Shown here: positions 22,188-30,712 of the stretch, piece by piece | Position numbering within the stretch: position 1 is the first letter of the stretch | How the letters are laid out: the number at the start of each line of letters is the position of its first letter | NCBI GenBank assembly: GCA_963708055.1 | Contig: OY970193.1 | Span: forward strand, 5,135,869 to 5,199,868 | Reading direction: 5' to 3' | DNA from: an uncultured Acidobacteriota bacterium | GTDB taxonomy: Bacteria > Acidobacteriota > Blastocatellia > Pyrinomonadales > Pyrinomonadaceae | Length of the DNA: 64,000 nucleotides | Program-made: the position numbers and the translations under genes | The notes under the pieces: generated by a model | What the model was told of the DNA's origin: nothing | Databases searched by the model: none | The model's input: only the letters and a program-made list of their open reading frames with translations

Positions 22188-24737
22188 ATGATTTCAAAGC
22201 TCTCTCTGCGTCTTTGCGCCTTTGCGTGGAAGATCTGTTTGCTTCTCCTCATCGGTGGCGCACAGATTTGCTTCGCACAAACAGACCGGGCAATCGAATC
22301 CACTCAGGTCGCCAATCTACAAAACTACTACGCCACCAAGGATCCTCACTACGCGAACATCGTCGCGAAGCTTCCTGACATTCAAGCTGCACTTAACGAC
22401 CTGAAAAGTTCGCAAGGTCAAACATGTCTGCCGGCCATTGAGGTCGCTTTGCGACGAACCAACAGCGCTATCCAATCGTCAGAACAACCTCAATACGGAA
22501 ACATTCGCGCCCTCGTTACAATAGCCGGCGAAGAAGATGAAAACCGTTTAGCTAAAGTGCTCGCCTGCGTTGGCTCGGGCGCGTCACGTCTACAAACCCT
22601 CACACAAACGGTTCAGGAAGAATTCGATCAGATCGATCTCGCGAGTGCTCACCGAAAAGCCAAAGCGGCGCTCGGTAGAGTAGTTGAAACAGATCAGGCT
22701 GCCGGATCCTGCGAAGGCATTGATCTCGAGACGGCGGGTTTCAGAGTTAGAAACACGCGCATCGAGGATCCGTTCAAATTCCTGCCCTGGGTGAAAGCCC
22801 GACAACAACGCGCCTTCGATCAGATCAACACACTCATCAAAGGCAAACCGTTCACTTACACCGACGCCGCTGCCAAAGCACTCGACATCATTGATAAAGA
22901 AAACTTCCTGCCTGACACCAGCGACCGCCGCGTAAAACTTCGCATCGAGATCGTGGCTGTCGAAAACTGCACTGGCGGTGAGGTCGATCTCGTCTATCGC
23001 ATTTACTCAACGCAGATCATGCCGGTATTGAGTGCGCGTCCTGAAGAACGAGTCAAGGAACGCGAAACTCCGCAAACTCCCGCCGGTCAAACTACTGTCG
23101 TCACCCCGGACGCGAGTCCTTTTCATTTCAGTCCGGCGGGCGGCTACGATCTGACGAATTTATTCTCCGGTGGCGGGCGTTTTGAGATCAGACCGCGAAA
23201 GTTTTGGAAGATTCCGTTCAAGTCGGCAATCATCAAGGGCCAGGCATCGTCGCGAATGCACACCGTTTCCGGGTCACTGGAAGGCGCTTACGACTCGGAA
23301 ACTGCGACCACCGGCTGGTTAGCCCACGCCGAATGGTTACTCGACTTCTCACACTATTCACTCCCAACCGGCAACGGCGACATTCGTGGTGGACATTTGA
23401 TTGCGCAATTCTCAGGCGTAACAAAACCCCTCGCCAATGGCAATCTCACGCTTCGCTTTGGCGCCGCCCTTTCGGGTGGTAATCGCCAGACCGAACCCGG
23501 CAGCTTGATACTTGCTCCCAACACGGTTACCGATGCGGGCTTTGGCACGTTGAAACTTTACGGCGGGTTCGATTCGCGTTTCGCTCGGAATATTTTTTCT
23601 GCGTCTTACGGGCTCGAACTGGGCTCGGTTGGACCAGCCACGCGCGTCGATTGGCGCAAACACATTCTGGATGCGCGACATCAATTCTGGTACTCGCTCG
23701 GCAATCATCATCTGCTGGATCTGGAATCACGTTTCACTCTCGGAAAGCTCGAGATACCGGGAAGAGTCCCCTTGCCGACCCGCTTCTTTGGCGGTAACAA
23801 CGAGGAATGGCTGATTGCGAGTGAGGCCTGGCAGATCCGCGCGAACCCGACCATTCGGGCGATTCCCGGAAGCAAATTTTTTCAAACTGCGGAAGGCGCC
23901 GGCGGCAAGGAGTTTTTCAGTTACAACTTCACGGCTGCTTACGGTATCTGGCGCAAAACCCTCGTTCCGGAAGAACTCACCACCGACGACGATTTCAAAT
24001 CGGAACTCGAAGGTTCGATTACTACTGTTACCAGCACGCTCCAAAATTATTACGCGGCCAAGGACGCGCATTACGCGAACGTCGTGAAACAACTGCCGGA
24101 CGCGAAAACGGCGCTCACGGATTTGAAGAATGCCGTCACGGCGGCGCAGGCAGCGCGACCCGGAGAGTTCGCAGCTCTGTTCACAGCGTGCACAAGAGCT
24201 GTGAATGGCGGATTACGTCGCATTAATAGTGCAATCGACCCACAGGCTGCGGATCAGTTTGGCTTGCTCGCGTCGGTTCTTTCCGACGATCCTGATGAGA
24301 TTCAACTGCTGAAAGTCACGAAGGCGTGTACAACCGATCTTAATGCCGCGCTGCAAGACGCGACCCTTGGCGGCGCGGCGAATCGAGTGGAGCAGCTCCG
24401 CCAAACAATGACGACGGAATTCAACCTGATTGACGCAAATGCGGCGCAGAAGCGAGCGGCTGCTGATATGGCGTTTACGCGTCGCACGCTTAAAACGCTC
24501 TTCAACGACGTGAATATCTACTCGCTCAGTCCGGTGGTTGTGTTTGACGTTGCGCGTATTGGACCACGTACCGGATCGCTTGGTGGAACCCGTTATGGTC
24601 CAGGCGCAGGCATCCGCCTCGAACTCGCTACCACCGCACACTTCACGCTTGGCTACGCCTGGAACGTAAAAGGAGCTCCAGGTGAAGGTCGTGGCAACGT
24701 GTTTTTCAGTATCGGAATTCGTGACCTGTTTTATTAA
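22188..24737 (+). CDS. Omp85-family-like outer membrane protein with duplicated helical module
   Basis: Signal peptide (MISKLSLRLCAFAWKICLLLLIGGAQICFAQ). A POTRA-like segment follows. The beta-barrel-like C-terminal half contains RFFGGN and ends in ...VFFSIGIRDLFY. The module at nt 22305-22685 is repeated at 24020-24490. Confidence 0.65.
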   Translation: MISKLSLRLCAFAWKICLLLLIGGAQICFAQTDRAIESTQVANLQNYYATKDPHYANIVAKLPDIQAALNDLKSSQGQTCLPAIEVALRRTNSAIQSSEQPQYGNIRALVTIAGEEDENRLAKVLACVGSGASRLQTLTQTVQEEFDQIDLASAHRKAKAALGRVVETDQAAGSCEGIDLETAGFRVRNTRIEDPFKFLPWVKARQQRAFDQINTLIKGKPFTYTDAAAKALDIIDKENFLPDTSDRRVKLRIEIVAVENCTGGEVDLVYRIYSTQIMPVLSARPEERVKERETPQTPAGQTTVVTPDASPFHFSPAGGYDLTNLFSGGGRFEIRPRKFWKIPFKSAIIKGQASSRMHTVSGSLEGAYDSETATTGWLAHAEWLLDFSHYSLPTGNGDIRGGHLIAQFSGVTKPLANGNLTLRFGAALSGGNRQTEPGSLILAPNTVTDAGFGTLKLYGGFDSRFARNIFSASYGLELGSVGPATRVDWRKHILDARHQFWYSLGNHHLLDLESRFTLGKLEIPGRVPLPTRFFGGNNEEWLIASEAWQIRANPTIRAIPGSKFFQTAEGAGGKEFFSYNFTAAYGIWRKTLVPEELTTDDDFKSELEGSITTVTSTLQNYYAAKDAHYANVVKQLPDAKTALTDLKNAVTAAQAARPGEFAALFTACTRAVNGGLRRINSAIDPQAADQFGLLASVLSDDPDEIQLLKVTKACTTDLNAALQDATLGGAANRVEQLRQTMTTEFNLIDANAAQKRAAADMAFTRRTLKTLFNDVNIYSLSPVVVFDVARIGPRTGSLGGTRYGPGAGIRLELATTAHFTLGYAWNVKGAPGEGRGNVFFSIGIRDLFY

Positions 24738-24806
24738 TCTTGTGAATCATGTTAATCATGTAAATCCTGTTAACAAGATGGACATGATTAACAAGATTCA
24801 CAAGAT
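24737..24806. repeat. family D hairpin filling the whole intergenic gap
   Basis: atcttgtgaatcatgttaatcatg... pairs with ...catgattaacaagattcacaagat. It runs from the last base of the upstream stop to the base before ATG 24807. Confidence 0.9.
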
Positions 24807-25706
24807 ATGACGCTATCTACTAACGACCTTAAAGGCATTCTCCTGCCTACCACCACGCCGTTCGATCGCAACGGTCAGATTCTTACCAGCGACATCAGCT
24901 CAAATCTGAAATCCTGGTCCGCAAAGGGCGTGATTGGATTTGTCGTCCTCGGTTCAACCGGCGAACGCGTGCATCTCGACGAACGTGAATATCTCGAGGT
25001 GATCGACGTTTCGCGAGCGGCGATAAATAGTGATTCAGTCTTGATCGCCGGCGCTGGACAACAAAGCACCGCCGGCACCATTCGCGAGATCAAAAGCGCC
25101 GCGCGCGCCGGTGCGGATGCGGTGCTCGTAATCACACCGTATTTCTATCGACCCGCCATGACGCAGGAGACGCTCATCGACTACTACACGGCCGTTGCCG
25201 ATGAAGCGCCCGTGCCGGTGCTGCTTTACAGCATGCCGCCGCTGACGGGAATCAAGATCGAACCGGAGACGATCGCGCGTTTGAGTGAACATCGAAACAT
25301 CATCGGTGTGAAAGACAGCTCAAACGACGTCGCCGGTTTCAAGCAGACCGTCGATCTCTGTCCGGCTGACTTTGCGGTGATGACGGGTAACGGCACTGTT
25401 TTGCTCGATACCCTCCGCGCCGGCGCAACCGGGGGAATTCTTGCGGTCGGATGTGTCGTCCCGGAAGTTTGTGTGGATGTATTTCGTGCTTTCAAGAGTG
25501 GAGAAGAAGAACATGCCGCCAGCCTTCAAACAAAACTCACCCCGCTGGCCGCGGCGGTCACGACTCGTTTTGGTATCGGAGGCTTAAAAGCCGCCCTCGA
25601 CCTCGCCGGCTATCGTGGCGGGGAGGTGCGCGCTCCGCTACGGGGGCCGGATCAGAATGCCCGTAACGAGATAGCCGCTTTGGTAAAAGAAATGAGCCAC
25701 GGATAA
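24807..25706 (+). CDS. dihydrodipicolinate synthase/N-acetylneuraminate lyase family protein
   Basis: DapA-family pattern (TPF...G......L......G..G.vvlGsTGE). 299 aa. Paralog assignment not attempted. Confidence 0.8.
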   Translation: MTLSTNDLKGILLPTTTPFDRNGQILTSDISSNLKSWSAKGVIGFVVLGSTGERVHLDEREYLEVIDVSRAAINSDSVLIAGAGQQSTAGTIREIKSAARAGADAVLVITPYFYRPAMTQETLIDYYTAVADEAPVPVLLYSMPPLTGIKIEPETIARLSEHRNIIGVKDSSNDVAGFKQTVDLCPADFAVMTGNGTVLLDTLRAGATGGILAVGCVVPEVCVDVFRAFKSGEEEHAASLQTKLTPLAAAVTTRFGIGGLKAALDLAGYRGGEVRAPLRGPDQNARNEIAALVKEMSHG

Positions 25707-25756
25707 CACGGATTTAAGCCGGATTTAATCCGTTCCAGATTCGTGTAATCCGTGGC
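25696..25756. repeat. family C hairpin overlapping the last 3 sense codons and the stop codon of the DapA-family gene
   Basis: gccacggataacacggattt (25696-25715) pairs with agattcgtgtaatccgtggc (25737-25756). The CDS ends ...cac gga taa inside the left arm. Confidence 0.88.
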
Positions 25757-25813
25757 CCTGTTTTGTTCCGTTGCTGGAGACCTGTAGAATGACGCGCAGG
25801 GAGCCCGAAGAAA

Positions 25814-27499
25814 TTGAGTACAGCCGAAGCCGCTTGTTATAGCACCCCCGAAGAGTCAGGACTGCGCGTAGAAACCCTGCCGTTCGATCAAATCCCAAGT
25901 CAATCGCGATTGTTTCTCGACTACCTGAAAGATCCGGTTGCATTACGCAGGTTTTATCCTTCCGCCATTCGTTTTCATCACGAATTAGCGCAACGGGTGC
26001 CTGAAGTGCTTGCGGCTTATCGAGTCGATCGCAACGCCGTGTGCGATGCGCTCGCGGTACTGAACCAGCGCTGGGGTGCGCCGGAAGCAACGTTGAAAAA
26101 TATTCAGTTGCTGCGCGAGGATGATTGCATCGCCGTGGTTTCGGGCCAGCAGGCAGGTTTGTTTACCGGGCCGCTCTACACGATCTACAAAGCAATCTCA
26201 GCGATAAAACTGGCCGGCTGTTTGAACCAGAGAGGCACGAAGGCGGTGCCGGTTTTCTGGATTGCTTCAGAAGATCACGACTTTGCGGAGGTGGCTAAAG
26301 CGGAGTTGATTGGTCGTGATTGCCGGCTAAAGAGTGTGGAAGTTTCCACCTCGTTGCATCGCGAAGGACAACCCGTTGGCGGCGTTGTGCTGGACGAGTC
26401 GATCGACGCGGTGGTGGACCAGCTATTCGAGTTGTTGCCCGCCTCGGAATTCGCCGACGACATCAAGGCGTTGGTGAAGAACGCCTGGCAACCCGGTCGT
26501 GGTTACGCCGAATGCTTCGCGATCATGATGACGCAGTTGCTTGGTCAATATGGTCTGATCTTTCTCGACCCACTCGATCCGGCATTGAAACAACTGGCAG
26601 CTCCGCTTTATTCCGAGGCTGCGCGGCGCGCGCCCGAGATCGCAACGGCGATCGAACAGCGAAGCGCGGAGCTTGAAAGTGCCGGCTATCACGCACAGGT
26701 GCTCGCGTCAGCAAATTCATTCCCGTTGTTTCTATATGACGAAGCCGGCGGCCGCCGTGCTGTCGTTCGCGTTGCGAACGGAAAATACCGCGCCAAAGAC
26801 GGCGAGCAGGAATACACGAACGACGAGCTCGCCGCGATGGCCCAGGAGCACCCGGAACGTTTTAGTCCGAATGTGACGCTTCGTTCGGTGGTCCAGGATT
26901 ACCTGTTACCGACGATTGCTTATTACGGCGGCGCTGCCGAGGTGGCGTATTTCGCTCAAACTGCCGAAGTCTATCGCGTGCTCGAACGACCGGCGACGCC
27001 GATCCTCGCGCGTTCGAGTCTGACGATGATCGAGCGTCACACTGGTCGGGTTCTTGAGCGATATCAGCTTTCACTCGCGAGTTTCTTTGACGGGCTCGAA
27101 CCGGTGATCAAGCGAGTAGTGGAAGAGCATCTCGGCGCGAATACCGCACGAATGTTTTCGAACACCGAGCAGAATATGAACCAGGAACTCGATCGTTTGC
27201 GTCAGGAGTTGGAATCGATCGACCCGACACTCGCGAACGCACTCGAAACCGGGCGCAAGAAGATCAACTATCAACTCGAAGGCTTGCGGACGCGGTTTGT
27301 GCGCGCCCAGATGGGACGCGATGAGGCGGCGCACCGGCAACTGCAACGTGCTTCCGATCAGCTCTATCCAAACAAAGATCTTCAGGAACGTCACATAAAT
27401 CTCACTTCGCTGCTGGCCCGCCACGGTACTTACGTGATGGAGTGGATCTTCAACGCCGTCAACATCGGTTCGAACGAACACCAGATTATCTCTTTGTGA
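25814..27499 (+). CDS. bshC: bacillithiol biosynthesis cysteine-adding enzyme BshC-like
   Basis: VVSGQQAGLFTGPLYTIYKAISAIKLA and PVFWIASEDHDFAEV match my recollection of BshC signatures. About 560 aa with a coiled-coil C-terminus. The TTG start at 25814 is uncertain. Confidence 0.75.
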   Translation: MSTAEAACYSTPEESGLRVETLPFDQIPSQSRLFLDYLKDPVALRRFYPSAIRFHHELAQRVPEVLAAYRVDRNAVCDALAVLNQRWGAPEATLKNIQLLREDDCIAVVSGQQAGLFTGPLYTIYKAISAIKLAGCLNQRGTKAVPVFWIASEDHDFAEVAKAELIGRDCRLKSVEVSTSLHREGQPVGGVVLDESIDAVVDQLFELLPASEFADDIKALVKNAWQPGRGYAECFAIMMTQLLGQYGLIFLDPLDPALKQLAAPLYSEAARRAPEIATAIEQRSAELESAGYHAQVLASANSFPLFLYDEAGGRRAVVRVANGKYRAKDGEQEYTNDELAAMAQEHPERFSPNVTLRSVVQDYLLPTIAYYGGAAEVAYFAQTAEVYRVLERPATPILARSSLTMIERHTGRVLERYQLSLASFFDGLEPVIKRVVEEHLGANTARMFSNTEQNMNQELDRLRQELESIDPTLANALETGRKKINYQLEGLRTRFVRAQMGRDEAAHRQLQRASDQLYPNKDLQERHINLTSLLARHGTYVMEWIFNAVNIGSNEHQIISL

Positions 27500-29418
27500 T
27501 GTCCAAAATTCGCGTCCTCGCAGATCACGTCGCTAATCAAATCGCTGCTGGTGAGGTTGTTGAGCGCCCGGCTTCAGTCGCAAAGGAGCTGGTCGAGAAT
27601 TCTATCGACGCTGGGGCTACGCGCATCACGATCGAAATTGAATCCGGCGGACGGCGTCTGTTGAAAGTATCTGACGACGGCGAAGGTATGGTGCGGGACG
27701 ATGCGGTGCTCGCGTTTGAACGACACGCCACCTCGAAGATTCGCGAAACGGACGATCTCGCCGCGATTGGGACGCTTGGTTTCCGTGGCGAAGCGCTCGC
27801 ATCGATTGCTTCGGTTGCGAGGATAGAACTAACAACCTGTGTCGAAGGCGCAAGTGCAGCAACGCGCGTCACGATTGATGGCGGGCGCATGCGTGACGTC
27901 AAAGACGCAGCTCATCCACGCGGCACCACCATCGCTGTCCGCGATCTGTTTTTCAACATTCCGGCCCGACGAAAATTCCTGCGAGCGGAAGCGACTGAGA
28001 CCTATCACCTCACCAACCTCGTCACGCATTATGCGTTGGCCCATCCGGAGATTGCTTTTAGTTTTGTGAACAACGGCAGGGAAGTGGTTCGCGCGGCGCC
28101 GGCCAAGGATCTTCGTGAACGTGCCTACCAGATCTTTGGCGCGGAGTTTCTGGAGAATCTGCTTGAAGTGAATGGAGGCGATCCGAACCTCGCCCGCGTA
28201 ACGGGTTACGTTTCGGCCCCGCGAGATCGGCGCACGTCGCGCGATTCGCAGTACTTGTTTGTCAATCGGCGGTTTGTGCGTGATCGCATGATTGGCCGCG
28301 CGCTTTCGGAAGGCTATCGATCGATTCTGCCGCACGGTGTTTATCCGGCCGCGTTGCTGTTTATTGAAACACCGCTCGAGGAAGTCGACGTCAATGTTCA
28401 CCCGGCGAAGACCGAGGTGCGTTTCCGTCGTCAGGCAGCAGTGGCTGATGTTGTCAGAGAGGGTGTGCGAGCGGCGCTTGCAAATGCCGGATACGCGCGT
28501 CCGGAGGAACGTGAAGCGCTGGGGTTTGAGATGCCTGAACGAATTGTATCGGCAAGCGCGGGCGTGAGTTCGAGTGCGGCGGATTTTAGTTTGTCGGCTT
28601 ATTCTGCACCGGTGGATCCGCAGCCGCGGATTGAGTTTACGCCGCCGCCTCCAGCTCCGCCGCGAATCGTCGAGGAACTTGTAGTCACGGATTCAGTTTT
28701 GGAAGTTTCCGGTGATGAGATTGCGCGCGACATCGATGAGATGATCCAATCCGCGCAAATCATGCAACCGGCGAAACCGGTGTTCCCGCCGCTCAATTCA
28801 GCGGAGAAGTTCGCGCGTGAAGTCACTCCCGAAACGCTCTCGACCAACATTCGACCATTGGGCCAACTCGAAGAGAGTTTCATTATTGCGACTGATGATG
28901 ACGGATTGTTGTTGATCGATCAGCACGTTGCGCACGAACGCATACTCTTCGATAAGTATCGGGCTTTGGAAGCCGAGCGACGCACCGAGTCGCAGCAGTT
29001 GCTGGTACCGGAAACTTTCGATCTCACCCCAGCGCAGGCAGCGGTGTTTGACGATCTGGCGCCGGAACTGGAGAAGTATGGGTTTGAGTTAATGCGACTT
29101 TCGGGGCGCACCGTTGCGATCAAAGCGATTCCCGGCGACCTCCCGACTGGCGAAGCGCGCAACATGTTGTCGGAATTGCTTGAAACAGTTGATCCGGAAA
29201 AGAAGAACTCCGCGCGCGACACGATGCGCGACGAGATCGCTGCCTCGCTCGCATGTCACGCCGCGATCAAAGTCAACATGCCGCTAGCGCCGGAGAAGAT
29301 GCGCTGGCTGATCGATCGGTTGTTGCAAACGTCGTCGCCGACAACTTGCCCGCATGGGCGGCCGGTGATCCTGCGACTAAGAACGAAAGATATACTGAAG
29401 GGCTTTCATCGAATATAG
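27499..29418 (+). CDS. mutL: DNA mismatch repair protein MutL (endonuclease-motif type)
   Basis: N-terminus MSKIRVLADHVANQIAAGEVVERPASVAKELVENSIDAG. The C-terminal DQHVAHERILFDKY fits the DQHAxxExxxxE nuclease motif. Its ATG overlaps the bshC TGA by 1 nt. Confidence 0.93.
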   Translation: MSKIRVLADHVANQIAAGEVVERPASVAKELVENSIDAGATRITIEIESGGRRLLKVSDDGEGMVRDDAVLAFERHATSKIRETDDLAAIGTLGFRGEALASIASVARIELTTCVEGASAATRVTIDGGRMRDVKDAAHPRGTTIAVRDLFFNIPARRKFLRAEATETYHLTNLVTHYALAHPEIAFSFVNNGREVVRAAPAKDLRERAYQIFGAEFLENLLEVNGGDPNLARVTGYVSAPRDRRTSRDSQYLFVNRRFVRDRMIGRALSEGYRSILPHGVYPAALLFIETPLEEVDVNVHPAKTEVRFRRQAAVADVVREGVRAALANAGYARPEEREALGFEMPERIVSASAGVSSSAADFSLSAYSAPVDPQPRIEFTPPPPAPPRIVEELVVTDSVLEVSGDEIARDIDEMIQSAQIMQPAKPVFPPLNSAEKFAREVTPETLSTNIRPLGQLEESFIIATDDDGLLLIDQHVAHERILFDKYRALEAERRTESQQLLVPETFDLTPAQAAVFDDLAPELEKYGFELMRLSGRTVAIKAIPGDLPTGEARNMLSELLETVDPEKKNSARDTMRDEIAASLACHAAIKVNMPLAPEKMRWLIDRLLQTSSPTTCPHGRPVILRLRTKDILKGFHRI

Positions 29419-29494
29419 ATACAGGATTAACAAGATTTACAGGATGAACAGGATTTATCTTGTGAATGTTGTTAATCCTGTAAAATCCTGTATC
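29418..29494. repeat. family D hairpin between convergent mutL and HAD genes
   Basis: Four tandem 9-mers (acaggatta acaagattt acaggatga acaggattt) face ttgttaatcctgtaaaatcctgtatc. The repeat spans stop to stop. Confidence 0.88.
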
Positions 29495-30206
29495 AAAGCT
29501 GGTCGAACGTTTTCAGCACCAACTCGGTGTCGGATAAGTCAGGCAAAAGCGCATCAGGCTTGCACTCGAGAATCTCTTCACGCGAATAAAATCTCCCCGT
29601 TCCCACAGCCACAGCTCGGGCGCCGAAGTGACGCGCGCAGTCGATGTCGTTTGGTGTGTCGCCAATCACGATGAACTGCTCCGGTTCGAGATCCATTTGC
29701 AGATGTTTACGAATACGCTCAGCAGCGCGGGCCGGAAGATCGCGACGGTTGTGCGACTCATTCCCGAAAGCACCCGGAAGCGTAAAGAATTCTTCGAGTC
29801 CCACCAGCTCCATCTTTAAATACGCCATCGACTCGATATTGCCCGTCAAAAGCGCTGATCTGTAGCGCGGATGTTTGTCGAGAGCCTCCAACGTCTCGCG
29901 CACACCCGGCAGGAGTTCAAAAAACTTCACACCGTTGCCGGTTACTTTCCGCGCTTCTTCAGTCATGCGAGCCGCGAGCAATTCAACCTGCGCGAGGATA
30001 TCTTCCTGGCTGATCCCTTCCTCCCTCAACGCTTCATAAACGATCTGCAAGTCGGTCATGCCTGAAACGCGCATGTCGCGGAGCCGACCAGACGTGCCAA
30101 AGATCTCTTCGAGCACTGGGATCGTGTATTCCTTGTACCCGCCGGTTTTCAGGGAGCGAATAAGAGTACCGTCGATGTCCCAGAGGAGTATGCGTAGAGA
30201 ATTCAT
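29493..30206 (-). CDS. HAD-superfamily hydrolase
   Basis: DxDGT motif (LLWDIDGTLI) and a distal GDTPNDI motif. Confidence 0.85.
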   Translation of the reverse strand: MNSLRILLWDIDGTLIRSLKTGGYKEYTIPVLEEIFGTSGRLRDMRVSGMTDLQIVYEALREEGISQEDILAQVELLAARMTEEARKVTGNGVKFFELLPGVRETLEALDKHPRYRSALLTGNIESMAYLKMELVGLEEFFTLPGAFGNESHNRRDLPARAAERIRKHLQMDLEPEQFIVIGDTPNDIDCARHFGARAVAVGTGRFYSREEILECKPDALLPDLSDTELVLKTFDQL

Positions 30207-30712
30207 TCAATCACCGCCAGCACGTCGCCTGCGTTAACAGTGTCGCCGGGTTTTACATTTATTGATACGAGCACACCGGCGCGCGGTGACTTCATTTCGT
30301 TTTGCATCTTCATAGCTTCCACGACGATCACGCCGGCGCCTTTTTCAACCGCGTCGCCGGCTTGCAAGTGCACGCGAACCACTTTGCCGGGCATCGGCGC
30401 CAGGATCTCGGCTGCGCCGTGCTGATGGCGATCCGAATCCTGCCCGCTGCGCAGTCGCTTTGGATCGACGATAGTTACTGCATAACTGCGCCCGTGAATA
30501 CTGACGTCGAAGGCTGACGCGCGCTGGTCCACGCGACACTCGTGCACATTTGTATTCAGGAAAAACAAATAACTATCCGGAGCGGTTTCACGAACGTCGA
30601 GAGTGTAAACACGGTCGCCGATCTCCGCTTGCACTCGCCCGTCCTCGAGTTTCAGCAGCAGCTCTTCCTCACGCTCGCCAATCACGGCTTTGAGTTTCAC
30701 GACTGCCTCCAC
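30203..30712 (-). CDS. biotin carboxyl carrier-type protein (biotinyl domain)
   Basis: VVEAMKMQNEM biotinylation motif. 169 aa. The GTG start overlaps the upstream BC gene by 16 nt. Confidence 0.85.
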   Translation of the reverse strand: MEAVVKLKAVIGEREEELLLKLEDGRVQAEIGDRVYTLDVRETAPDSYLFFLNTNVHECRVDQRASAFDVSIHGRSYAVTIVDPKRLRSGQDSDRHQHGAAEILAPMPGKVVRVHLQAGDAVEKGAGVIVVEAMKMQNEMKSPRAGVLVSINVKPGDTVNAGDVLAVIE

